The notes under the pieces: model-generated
What the model was told of the DNA's origin: nothing
The model's input: the letters and a program-made list of their open reading frames with translations, nothing else
Databases searched by the model: none
Position numbers and translations under genes: made by a program
Source: Coriobacteriia bacterium
GTDB lineage: Bacteria > Actinomycetota > Coriobacteriia > WRKU01
Reading direction: 5' to 3'
DNA: 64,000 nucleotides
Assembly: GCA_009777935.1 (NCBI GenBank)
Contig: WRKU01000003.1
Location: 16,554 to 80,553 of the forward strand
In this document: positions 33,598-41,776 of the stretch, one piece after another
How the letters are laid out: every line of letters starts with the position of its first letter
Numbering within the stretch: position 1 is the stretch's first letter

Positions 33598-34723
33598 ACT
33601 GCGCACACGCGGACACGAAGTGCTCTTTGTAGGTACGCCGAGCTCGATGGAAGAGCGCCTTGCCGAGGACGCCGGCCTGCCCTTTGAAGCGCTCGACGTA
33701 CGTCCTCTTGAGCAAAACTATCGGATATGGCGCGGGCCTCAACGTGCGCGCTACACGACACTCATAACGTCACCACTTTCATGGTGGCGTGCCCGTATTC
33801 CGGCGCGCGCAATTCTGCGCACGTTTCGGCCCGATGTTGTCGTCGGCTTCGGTGGTTACGTGTGTGTCCCGATGGTGCGCGCCGCCCAGCAGGCCGGCGT
33901 GGCGACGGTGCTCCACGAGCAAAACGCGGTGCTCGGCAAGGCAAATCGACAGCTTGCACGCCGTGCGACGATGCTGGCGCTTACCTATGAGACGACGGTA
34001 TCGGAAGCACATGCGGTGGTGGGGGTCGACAAGGTCACGGTGACGGGCAACCCGGTGCGTCCCGAGGTCGAAAAGGCCGACCGAGCACAGGCGCGTGCCA
34101 TGCTCGGACTACGTGAGAGCAACACGATGGTGCTTGTCTTTGGGGGCAGCGGGGGAGCGCGCCGCCTGAGCGAGGCGTTCGTGCGGATCTATCCGCAGGT
34201 GGAAGCTGCAACGGCTGCGGGAGCTACGGCCGTTGCGGAAGTTGCCGTTTTCCACGCGACAGGCACGCGCGATTACGCGCATATCGCCGACCTTCTCGCG
34301 GCTCAGCACTGCCCGCCCGACACACGCGCCGATACGCTCGGTCGGCCGGCGCGCTATACGATCGAGCCCTACTTCGATGACATGCCGGTCAAACTTGCGG
34401 CGGCCGACCTCGTCGTCTCGCGCGCGGGTTCGACCTCGGTCGCCGAGTTTATGGCGCGCGCGTTACCAGCCGTGCTCGTGCCGTTTCCCCACGCCACGGC
34501 AGATCATCAGACCAAGAACGCTCAGGCGCTCGTCGACGCAGGGGCTGCGGTGTTGGTGCGCGACGACGAACTCGATTCTCGCTGGTTTGGTGAGGTCGTC
34601 GCTGAGCTCGCGCACGACCCGGATCGCCGTGCCGAAATGTCGCGCGCTTACGCAACGCTCTCGACGGCCAACGCGCGCGAGGCGCTTGCCGATCTCGTCG
34701 TTGGTGTCAGAAAACACGTATAA
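33530..34723 (+). CDS. murG: UDP-GlcNAc:lipid I GlcNAc transferase
   Basis: MKVILSGGGTAGHIYPALALA..., HEQNAVLGKANR, SRAGSTSVAEF. ATG 33530 with GGGGGAGG upstream (track GTG 33521). Confidence 0.9.
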   Translation: MKVILSGGGTAGHIYPALALASELRTRGHEVLFVGTPSSMEERLAEDAGLPFEALDVRPLEQNYRIWRGPQRARYTTLITSPLSWWRARIPARAILRTFRPDVVVGFGGYVCVPMVRAAQQAGVATVLHEQNAVLGKANRQLARRATMLALTYETTVSEAHAVVGVDKVTVTGNPVRPEVEKADRAQARAMLGLRESNTMVLVFGGSGGARRLSEAFVRIYPQVEAATAAGATAVAEVAVFHATGTRDYAHIADLLAAQHCPPDTRADTLGRPARYTIEPYFDDMPVKLAAADLVVSRAGSTSVAEFMARALPAVLVPFPHATADHQTKNAQALVDAGAAVLVRDDELDSRWFGEVVAELAHDPDRRAEMSRAYATLSTANAREALADLVVGVRKHV

Positions 34724-34751
34724 TTACGTACACAGAATCAGGAGGAAGCGA

Positions 34752-36596
34752 ATGTGCGGTTTTGTGGGATTTATCGGTGATACCAATGATCGAGATGCTG
34801 TTCTCGACGCTATGTCGACATCGATTGCACACCGCGGACCCGACGATCAAGCGACCTTCACCGACGATTATCTCGCGCTGGCCTTTCGCCGCTTGAGCAT
34901 CATCGACCTCGAAGGTGGCTCACAGCCGATATTCAACGCCGACAACACGAAGCTTATCGTCTTCAATGGTGAAATCTACAACTACCGAGAACTGCGCACC
35001 GAGCTCGAAGCTCTCGGCTATCGTTTTCGGACAAACACCGATGTTGAGACGGTACTGGCAGGTTATGAGGCTTATGGGTGGGACGTGCTCACCAAACTGC
35101 GCGGCATGTGGGCTTTCGTTATCTATGATCTTGAGACCAAGGAGCTCGTTGGTGCACGCGACTACTTCGGCATCAAGCCGCTGTACTACTATCAGCCGCA
35201 AGCGGGGAAGAACCCTCTTCTCTTTGGGAGCGAAATCAAGGCCTTTACAAAGCATCCGGCATTTACGGCACAGGTCAACACGGAGGTCCTCGGCAGCTAT
35301 CTGAACTTTGGTTTCGTGCCGGGTACCGACTCAATGTTTGCCGGCGTCAAGAAGGTGCCGCCGGGCTCATATTTCACGTATGTAGAAGGAAAACTGGCGT
35401 TCACGCGTTACCATACGCACGCGTTTCAGGCCGACGAGGCGAAGATGTTTGACGAGTGGGTCGACCTTATCGACATAACGGTAAAAGACAGCGTAAAGTA
35501 TCACAAAATCAGCGACGTCGAGGTGGGAAGCTTTCTATCCAGCGGCATCGACTCCAGCTACGTGGCTAAGTTAGGTAACGATATCGGTGACCTGCGCACC
35601 TTTAGCGTGGGATATCAGGAAAAGCAGTACAGCGAGCTACCGTATGCTCAGGCGTTTGCTGCGCGATACGATCTACAAAACTATGCAAAAGAAATCACCG
35701 GCGACGAATACTTTGGTATTGCTGAGAAGGTCGCCTATCACCTTGACGAGCCACTTGCGGACCCATCCTGCCTCTCGCTCTACTTCGTATGTAAAAATGC
35801 AGCCGAGCACGTCAAAGTAACCTTATCGGGAGAAGGTGCCGATGAACTGTTCGCCGGCTACAACCCGTATCGTGACGGGTTGCGTATGGATCGGTATCAG
35901 AGGGTGCCGCTCGCACTACGGAAACTCGCCGCAACAGTGGCCCGAATGTTGCCCGATCGCACACTTCATAAAGAGTTTTGGATTCGTGGCGCAAAACCTC
36001 TTGAAGAACGTTATTTCCAAGCAGGAAACTTCATCTTTGAGTCAAAAGAATTGCCCTCTGTCCTAAACGTGACCAATACGGTGACACCGGAGCAGATTGT
36101 CGCGCCTTTTTACGAGGGAACGGAAGGCGCCGATACCGTAAGCCGCATGCAAACTATCGACCTCAATGTGTGGATGCCGGGAGACATACTACTTAAGGCA
36201 GACAAGATGAGCATGGCGAACTCGCTGGAGGCGCGTACGCCATTTCTCGACATCGAGATCCTAAAACTTGCGCAGCAGATTCCCGCTCGCAATAAGGTGT
36301 CGAAGGAGAGTACTAAGATATCGCTTCGTGCTGCGGCGCGTCGGGAAATCGATGATGCCACTGCCGCCAAAAAGAAACTTGGCTTTCCGGTGCCTTTGCG
36401 CGATTGGTTGCGCCGTGATGAATACTACCGGCACGTTAAAGAGGCTTTTAGTGGCGAAGCCGCCGCACAGTACTTTAATGTGGCGTATCTGAACAAACTT
36501 CTCGAAGACCATCGGTCGGGCAAGCAGGATACCTATCGCAGAATCTGGGCGGTGTACATGTTTCTTCTCTGGCACAAACAATTTATCGAAACGTAG
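34752..36596 (+). CDS. asnB: asparagine synthase (glutamine-hydrolysing) family amidotransferase
   Basis: The true start is MCGFVGFIGD (ATG 34752, AGGAGGAAG upstream), giving the N-terminal nucleophile Cys2. Also RGPDD, GEIYNY and SGGIDSS (here LSSGIDSS) PP-loop motifs. The track ORF 34233-36596 has a spurious 5' extension overlapping murG. Confidence 0.9.
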   Translation: MCGFVGFIGDTNDRDAVLDAMSTSIAHRGPDDQATFTDDYLALAFRRLSIIDLEGGSQPIFNADNTKLIVFNGEIYNYRELRTELEALGYRFRTNTDVETVLAGYEAYGWDVLTKLRGMWAFVIYDLETKELVGARDYFGIKPLYYYQPQAGKNPLLFGSEIKAFTKHPAFTAQVNTEVLGSYLNFGFVPGTDSMFAGVKKVPPGSYFTYVEGKLAFTRYHTHAFQADEAKMFDEWVDLIDITVKDSVKYHKISDVEVGSFLSSGIDSSYVAKLGNDIGDLRTFSVGYQEKQYSELPYAQAFAARYDLQNYAKEITGDEYFGIAEKVAYHLDEPLADPSCLSLYFVCKNAAEHVKVTLSGEGADELFAGYNPYRDGLRMDRYQRVPLALRKLAATVARMLPDRTLHKEFWIRGAKPLEERYFQAGNFIFESKELPSVLNVTNTVTPEQIVAPFYEGTEGADTVSRMQTIDLNVWMPGDILLKADKMSMANSLEARTPFLDIEILKLAQQIPARNKVSKESTKISLRAAARREIDDATAAKKKLGFPVPLRDWLRRDEYYRHVKEAFSGEAAAQYFNVAYLNKLLEDHRSGKQDTYRRIWAVYMFLLWHKQFIET

Positions 36597-36627
36597 CGAG
36601 CGTTTTAGGTGGCATCTCGTGGCTCGC

Positions 36628-36656
36628 TTGACAGGGGCAACAGGTGGTGCTATTAA
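36628..36656 (+). promoter_or_regulatory. sigma-70-type promoter of the amt-PII gene
   Basis: TTGACA (36628-36633), an exact 17-nt spacer, TATTAA (36651-36656). Confidence 0.6.
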
Positions 36657-36657
36657 T

Positions 36658-36704
36658 AGGTTAGACGGCAAAGGTGCTGTGGACGAAAGTCTACAGCACT
36701 TTTT
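36658..36704 (+). promoter_or_regulatory. nitrogen-leader module 1a: conserved box + antiterminator/terminator pair
   Basis: The box AGGTTAGACGGCAAAGGTGCTGTGG (36658-36682) is nearly identical to 39500-39523. A 5-bp hairpin ACGGC/GCTGT with hexaloop AAAGGT (36665-36680) overlaps an 11-bp terminator stem (36674-36684 / 36689-36699, GAAA loop) followed by TTTTT (36700-36704). Confidence 0.6.
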
Positions 36705-36776
36705 CTGTTAAGGCTCCTCGGAGAGCGGTTGGCTCAAGGAACCGACTGGCGTCATGCGAATCATCGATTCGCGCAA

Positions 36777-36831
36777 CGTACAAAGGTGTGCGCTTTTCTG
36801 CCGATAGTGGCAGCAAAGCACACACCTTTTT
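36777..36831 (+). promoter_or_regulatory. nitrogen-leader module 1b: second AAAGGT hairpin + long terminator
   Basis: A 5-bp hairpin CGTAC/GTGCG with the same hexaloop AAAGGT (36777-36792) overlaps a ~21-bp imperfect stem (36782-36802 / 36809-36829, 2 mismatches) ending in a T-run. It lies 20 nt upstream of the amt RBS and ATG. Confidence 0.55.
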
Positions 36832-36851
36832 CTATGAAAGGATGGTGGACT

Positions 36852-38588
36852 ATGGATTTTGGTATTTGGTTTTTGCTTGCAGCAGCGCTGGTGTTCTTCA
36901 TGCAATGTGGTTTCATGATGCTAGAGGCGGGCTTCACGCGCGCAAAGAACGCCGGCAACATCATCATGAAGAACATGATGGACTTCTCGATGGGGACGAT
37001 TGCCTTTCTTTTGATTGGCTACACGCTCCTGACTGCTCAGAACTATGCGTTTGGATTTATCGGCGTGCCGAATCTGGGGATATTTACTGATTTTAGCAAC
37101 TTTGACTTCTCAGATTTTGTGTTTAATTTGGTATTCTGTGCCACGGCCGCAACTATCGTGACAGGTGCCATGGCCGAACGCACCAAGTTTAGCGCCTACT
37201 GCATCTACAGCATCGTCATATGTGCGGTCATATACCCGATTCAAGCAGGATGGGTATGGAACGAGAGTGGCTGGCTCGCACAGCTGGGCTACATCGATTT
37301 TGCGGGCTCTTCGGCGATTCATATGGTGGGCGGCATCTCTGCGTTCATTGGCGCGGCGATGCTCGGCCCGCGTATTGGCAAGTACACGATAGATAGAGCC
37401 ACGGGAAAGACTATCGTGAACGCAATTCCCGGCCACTCGCTGACGCTGGGTGCTCTGGGCTGCTTTGTTCTGTGGTTCGGCTGGTACGGGTTTAACGGTG
37501 CCGCTGCGACGAGCGTCTCACAGCTCGGCTCGATATTTGTGACGACAACGTTGGCTCCGGCCGCCGGTGCGGTGACGACTATGTTGTTCACGTGGGTAAA
37601 GAACGGTAAGCCCGACGTATCTATGACGCTTAACGGTGCGTTGGCGGGTCTCGTGGGTATCACCGCCGGTACTTCCAATGTGGATGCACTCGGTGCACTC
37701 ATCATCGGTTCTGTCGCCGGCATTATCGTCGTCGTTGCCGTCGAGTTTATTGACATCAAGCTGCGTGTCGACGACCCCGTCGGCGCGGTAGCAGTACACG
37801 GTGTCAATGGCGTGTGGGGTACGTTGGCCGTCGGTCTCTTTGCGACGCCTATCGTGGCGGGAGGCGATGTCATTTCGGATGCGACCGGTCTGTTTTATGG
37901 AGGCGGCTTTGAACAGCTGGGCATACAGGCGCTGGGCGTGTCGTCGATTGCTCTGTGGACTGCCGTTACGATGACCGTTGTCTTTTTCCTGATTCAGAGA
38001 GCGCACGGTTTACGTGCATCGGCAGAAGAAGAGATCCTGGGCCTCGATGCAACCGAGCATGGTTTGATCAGCAGCTACGCCGACTTCCTGCCGGTCACCA
38101 ATCCCAGCTTGCAGGTGTTGGGTGGCAGAACTGAGGGAGCGGCTGAGGGGACAACGGCGATGCCGGTTACCCCGGAGGTTACCCCGGAAAAGGCCGTTCC
38201 GGTTACCGATATATCGACCGGCCAAAAGCTCACTAAGGTGACGATTATCACCAAGGCGAGCACGTTCGATGATCTGAAGGATGCCCTCGATGCGATTGGT
38301 ATTACCGGCCTTACCGTCACCAACGTGATGGGCTATGGTCAGCAGAGGGGTCGCCAGTCGACTTATCGTGGGGTGCCGCTGCAGTCTAGCCTGTTGCCGA
38401 AGATTAAGGTTGACATTGTAGTCAGCAAGGTGCCGGTCCATCAAGTCGTCGAGACGGTCAAGGATGTACTGTACACCGGTCACATAGGTGACGGTAAGAT
38501 ATTTGTCTCTGACGTTGAAAACGTTATCAAGGTGCGGACCGGCGAGGAAGGTTACGCTGCCTTGCAGGATACGGTTCTGTCCGGTTAG
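36852..38588 (+). CDS. amt: ammonium transporter (Amt) fused to a C-terminal PII (GlnK/GlnB-like) signal-transduction domain
   Basis: Start ATG 36852 with AAGGA 9 nt upstream (track start 36729 lies in the leader). Amt motifs: DFAGSSAIHMVGG, LWFGWYGFNG, VDDPVGAVAVHGVNGVWG, GLDATEHG. After a ~45-aa Pro/Thr/Glu linker comes a complete PII domain (next feature). Confidence 0.9.
   Translation: MDFGIWFLLAAALVFFMQCGFMMLEAGFTRAKNAGNIIMKNMMDFSMGTIAFLLIGYTLLTAQNYAFGFIGVPNLGIFTDFSNFDFSDFVFNLVFCATAATIVTGAMAERTKFSAYCIYSIVICAVIYPIQAGWVWNESGWLAQLGYIDFAGSSAIHMVGGISAFIGAAMLGPRIGKYTIDRATGKTIVNAIPGHSLTLGALGCFVLWFGWYGFNGAAATSVSQLGSIFVTTTLAPAAGAVTTMLFTWVKNGKPDVSMTLNGALAGLVGITAGTSNVDALGALIIGSVAGIIVVVAVEFIDIKLRVDDPVGAVAVHGVNGVWGTLAVGLFATPIVAGGDVISDATGLFYGGGFEQLGIQALGVSSIALWTAVTMTVVFFLIQRAHGLRASAEEEILGLDATEHGLISSYADFLPVTNPSLQVLGGRTEGAAEGTTAMPVTPEVTPEKAVPVTDISTGQKLTKVTIITKASTFDDLKDALDAIGITGLTVTNVMGYGQQRGRQSTYRGVPLQSSLLPKIKVDIVVSKVPVHQVVETVKDVLYTGHIGDGKIFVSDVENVIKVRTGEEGYAALQDTVLSG
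38226..38585 (+). other. PII domain of the Amt-PII fusion
   Basis: KLTKVTIITKASTFDDLKDALDAIGITGLTVTNVMGYGQQRGRQSTYRGVPLQSSLLPKIKVDIVV...TGHIGDGKIFVSDVENVIKVRTGEEG. It has a T-loop with Tyr (STYRG) and the GDGKIFV signature. Confidence 0.85.
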
Positions 38589-38600
38589 GTATCGCGCCAC

Positions 38601-38634
38601 AGCCGAAACCGTCGCATTGTGCGGCGGTTTCGGT
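38601..38634 (+). terminator. hairpin downstream of amt-PII (weak terminator candidate)
   Basis: CCGAAACCG (38603-38611) / CGGTTTCGG (38624-38632) with an inner CGCA/TGCG stem. There is no proper T-run after it. Confidence 0.3.
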
Positions 38635-38680
38635 TAGACTGGCTAGGGGAGAGCAAGAGAGAGCAACGAGAGAGGGCACT

Positions 38681-39469
38681 ATGAAAAAAGTACTCACTAT
38701 TGCCGGTTCTGATACGAGTGGCGGGGCCGGCATACAGGCCGACCTAAAGACCTTTCAGGAGCTGGGCGTCTACGGCATGAGCGCACTGACCGTTATCGTA
38801 ACCATGGATCCCGACGGTTGGAGCCATCAGGTCTTTCCCGTTGAACCCGCTCTTGTTGAGGCACAGCTTGCCACCGTTATTGAAGGTATCGGTGTCGATG
38901 CGATGAAGACCGGTATGCTCCCGACCGGCGAACTTATCGAACTCGTTGCCCGGCAGATTAAAACGCACAGTCTTGAGAAGGTCGTTGTCGACCCTGTGAT
39001 GGTCTGCAAGGGCGCAGGTGAGCCGGTCAATCCGGGAAATACCGTTTGCTACCGGGATGCTCTCGTTCCTCTGGCAACGGTCGTGACGCCGAATCTCTTT
39101 GAGGCCTCCCAGCTCAGCGGCGTGGAAGCGATTGAGACCATCGATGACATGAAAGAGGCCGCCGGCATTATTTGCGAGTCGGGCGTCGAGGTCGTCGTGG
39201 TGAAAGGTGGCAAGGGCATTGATGCGCACAACGCCGTTGACGTCATGTACGATGGCACGACCTTCGAGATTCTTGAGAGCGAGCGAATCGATACGCCGAA
39301 TACACACGGTGCCGGCTGCACGTTTGCGGCGGCTATCGCGGCGAGGCTTGCGCATGGCGACACGATACCCGAGGCGGTGCGCACCGCTAAGACATTCGTT
39401 ACCGAAGCAATCCGTCATTCGTTTAGGCTCAACCAGTATGTTGGCCCCTTAAACCACGGACGAGTTTGA
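38681..39469 (+). CDS. ThiD-family kinase (hydroxymethylpyrimidine/phosphomethylpyrimidine kinase or PdxK-type pyridoxal kinase)
   Basis: 262 aa with LTIAGSDTSGGAGIQADLKTFQELGVYGMSALT, VVDPVMVCKG, TPNLFEA and THGAGCTFAAAIAA motifs of the ribokinase-like ThiD/PdxK family. Confidence 0.85.
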   Translation: MKKVLTIAGSDTSGGAGIQADLKTFQELGVYGMSALTVIVTMDPDGWSHQVFPVEPALVEAQLATVIEGIGVDAMKTGMLPTGELIELVARQIKTHSLEKVVVDPVMVCKGAGEPVNPGNTVCYRDALVPLATVVTPNLFEASQLSGVEAIETIDDMKEAAGIICESGVEVVVVKGGKGIDAHNAVDVMYDGTTFEILESERIDTPNTHGAGCTFAAAIAARLAHGDTIPEAVRTAKTFVTEAIRHSFRLNQYVGPLNHGRV

Positions 39470-39495
39470 CACATCGGGCGCACAGTGGTAAAAAT
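39466..39495 (+). promoter_or_regulatory. sigma-70-type promoter of type III glnA
   Basis: TTGACA (39466-39471), a 17-18-nt spacer, then TAAAAAT (39489-39495). Same layout as the amt promoter. Confidence 0.55.
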
Positions 39496-39499
39496 GATT

Positions 39500-39548
39500 A
39501 GGTAGACAGCAAAGGTGCTGTGGGCGGATACGCTCACGGCGCTTTTTT
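39500..39548 (+). promoter_or_regulatory. nitrogen-leader module 2: conserved box + antiterminator/terminator pair
   Basis: Box AGGTAGACAGCAAAGGTGCTGTGG (39500-39523). A 5-bp hairpin ACAGC/GCTGT with hexaloop AAAGGT (39506-39521) overlaps a 12-bp terminator stem (39515-39526 / 39531-39542, GATA loop, 3 G-U pairs) followed by TTTTTT (39543-39548). The RBS GGGAGGGAG and ATG 39566 follow directly. Confidence 0.6.
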
Positions 39549-39565
39549 GTTGGGAGGGAGTTCTC

Positions 39566-41674
39566 ATGAAAGCTGCTTCGACAAAGACCGTTCCCGAACT
39601 CTTCGGAAGCATGGTGTTTAGCGACACCGTTATGCAAACGCGCCTCCCTGAGGACGTGTATCGCGCACTGAAAAAGACGATGTCGCAGGGTACGCACCTT
39701 GAGCTCGACGTGGCAAATGTGGTTGCCAACGCTATGAAGGACTGGGCTGTTGAGAAAGGCGCCACCCATTTCACGCACTGGTTCCAGCCGATGACCGGCA
39801 TGACCGCCGAGAAGCACGACAGCTTTATCTCGCCGACGGGCGACGGCAAGGTCATCATGGAGTTCTCCGGCAGCGAGCTCGTACGCGGTGAGCCGGACGC
39901 ATCGAGCTTCCCCTCAGGCGGCCTACGCGCTACGTTCGAGGCGCGTGGTTATACCGTCTGGGATATCACCTCGTACGCTTTTATCAAGGATGGCACCCTC
40001 TGCATCCCGACCGCGTTTTGCTCGTATAGTGGCGAGGCGCTCGATAAGAAGACGCCACTGTTGCGTTCGATGGAGGTTATCGATAAGCAGGCGTTGCGCA
40101 TCCTGAGGCTTTTCGGCAACGATACGGCACAGCGCGTCATCACGACCGTCGGGCCGGAGCAAGAATACTTCCTCGTTGACAAGGAGCTCTACGCGCGGCG
40201 CCCCGATATCCGCTACAGTGGCCGCACCTTGTTCGGCGCGCGTGCTCCGAAGGGCCAAGAGCTCGACGACCACTACTTCGGCAGCTTAAAGCCACGCGTT
40301 TCGGCGTTTATGCGTGATCTCGAAGAAGAGTTGTGGAAACTCGGCGTCTATGCCAAGACCAAGCACAACGAGGTTGCTCCGGCACAGCACGAGCTGGCAC
40401 CGATATTTACGACGACAAACATCGCAACCGACCAAAACCAGCTGACGATGGAGATGCTCAAGATTGTGGCAGACCGCCATAACCTTGCCTGTCTGCTGCA
40501 CGAAAAGCCGTTTGCCGGTGTTAACGGCAGTGGCAAGCACAACAACTGGTCGATTTCGACCGATACGGGCATCAACCTGTTAGAACCAGGCGAAACCCCG
40601 TATGAAAACGCTCAGTTCCTCCTATTCCTCGTGGCCATCATCAAGGCGATCGACGAGTATCAGGATTTGCTGCGAGTCTCTGCGGCAAACGCCGGAAACG
40701 ACCATCGGCTTGGCGCGAACGAAGCACCACCGGCTATCGTCTCGATATTCCTCGGCACCGAGCTTACCGACGTGCTGGAGGCACTCGAATCCGGCGCAGA
40801 CTACAGCGATGCGGAAAAGGCCCAGATGGAGGTTGGGGTAACGGTGTTGCCGCACTTCCCGAAGGACACGACCGACCGCAACCGCACCTCGCCGTTTGCC
40901 TTTACCGGCAACAAGTTCGAGTTCCGTATGCTCGGCTCGTCGTTTTCGATCGCCGGCCCCAATATTGTGCTCAACACGATAGTCGCCGAGGTTTTGGGCG
41001 AGTTTGCCGATAGCCTTGAGCAGTCCTCCGATTTCAAGAGCGACTTAGCGGCACTTATTAAAACGACGTTCAGCGAGCATAAGAGAATCGTCTTCAACGG
41101 CGACAACTACTCTGACGGATGGGTTGCCGAGGCGGAAAAGCGCGGGCTGTCGAACCTGCGGACGACACCCGATGCGCTGCCGGCGTTCGTCGAGCCCAAA
41201 AGCATCGAGGTCTTTACTAAGCACGGCATCTTTACCGAGGCCGAACAGCGGTCGCGCTACGAGATTTTGCTGGAAGACTACAGCAAGGCAATCAACATCG
41301 AGGCACTGACGATGGTTGACGTGGTGAAGGGCAAGATAATACCGGCCTGCATCGACTACCAGATCGATATCGTCACACTTCTCCAGCGCAAAAAGCAGGC
41401 GTGCGGCACACACGATATGACGCTTGAGGATCAGCTGCTCAACAGCATCTCGAAGCTGTCCGGTAGCATGGCGAAGAAGTTGGCTGCTCTCGAAAAAACA
41501 CTTCTTGTCGCTAAGGAGAACGATGAGGATGCGCTTGCCGAGGCATGCTACTATCGTGACAAGGTGTTCAGTGCGATGTCAGAGCTGCGGCTTGTCGTCG
41601 ACGAACTCGAGATGCTCGTATCTGACAAGTATTGGCCGCTGCCTTCGTACGCGGAGCTGCTCTATAGCGTGTAG
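39566..41674 (+). CDS. glnA: glutamine synthetase, type III (~700 aa form)
   Basis: 702 aa from ATG 39566 (track start 39515 lies in the leader). The size and sequence (..[23 protein letters not shown].., [52 protein letters not shown]) fit the GSIII family known from Bacteroides and anaerobes. Confidence 0.9.
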   Translation: MKAASTKTVPELFGSMVFSDTVMQTRLPEDVYRALKKTMSQGTHLELDVANVVANAMKDWAVEKGATHFTHWFQPMTGMTAEKHDSFISPTGDGKVIMEFSGSELVRGEPDASSFPSGGLRATFEARGYTVWDITSYAFIKDGTLCIPTAFCSYSGEALDKKTPLLRSMEVIDKQALRILRLFGNDTAQRVITTVGPEQEYFLVDKELYARRPDIRYSGRTLFGARAPKGQELDDHYFGSLKPRVSAFMRDLEEELWKLGVYAKTKHNEVAPAQHELAPIFTTTNIATDQNQLTMEMLKIVADRHNLACLLHEKPFAGVNGSGKHNNWSISTDTGINLLEPGETPYENAQFLLFLVAIIKAIDEYQDLLRVSAANAGNDHRLGANEAPPAIVSIFLGTELTDVLEALESGADYSDAEKAQMEVGVTVLPHFPKDTTDRNRTSPFAFTGNKFEFRMLGSSFSIAGPNIVLNTIVAEVLGEFADSLEQSSDFKSDLAALIKTTFSEHKRIVFNGDNYSDGWVAEAEKRGLSNLRTTPDALPAFVEPKSIEVFTKHGIFTEAEQRSRYEILLEDYSKAINIEALTMVDVVKGKIIPACIDYQIDIVTLLQRKKQACGTHDMTLEDQLLNSISKLSGSMAKKLAALEKTLLVAKENDEDALAEACYYRDKVFSAMSELRLVVDELEMLVSDKYWPLPSYAELLYSV

Positions 41675-41776
41675 GGCAGGCGGGTCTTTGGCGAGATTTT
41701 GGCGCGCCCATCTAGCAGGAGCAGGAGCGATTTGCTATAATAGAGTGGATAGATTGTGTAATCAGAGACGGGAATT

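Noticed and set aside
34233-34751. 5' extension of the 787-aa track ORF upstream of asnB. Similar extensions occur at 31858-32118 (ftsW), 36729-36851 (amt), 39515-39565 (glnA), 49703-49891 (ntpC), 52935-52955 (ntpB) and 54370-54405 (ntpD).
   Set aside because: These extensions overlap the preceding gene or a structured leader in another frame and lack RBSs. Internal ATGs with good SD sequences give the canonical N-termini, for example MCGF for the Ntn amidotransferase.
36594-36628. Hairpin AGCGAGC...GCTCGCT straddling the asnB stop, considered as the asnB terminator.
   Set aside because: It has a 20-nt loop and no T-run, and its 3' arm overlaps the amt -35 box. It is too weak to call.
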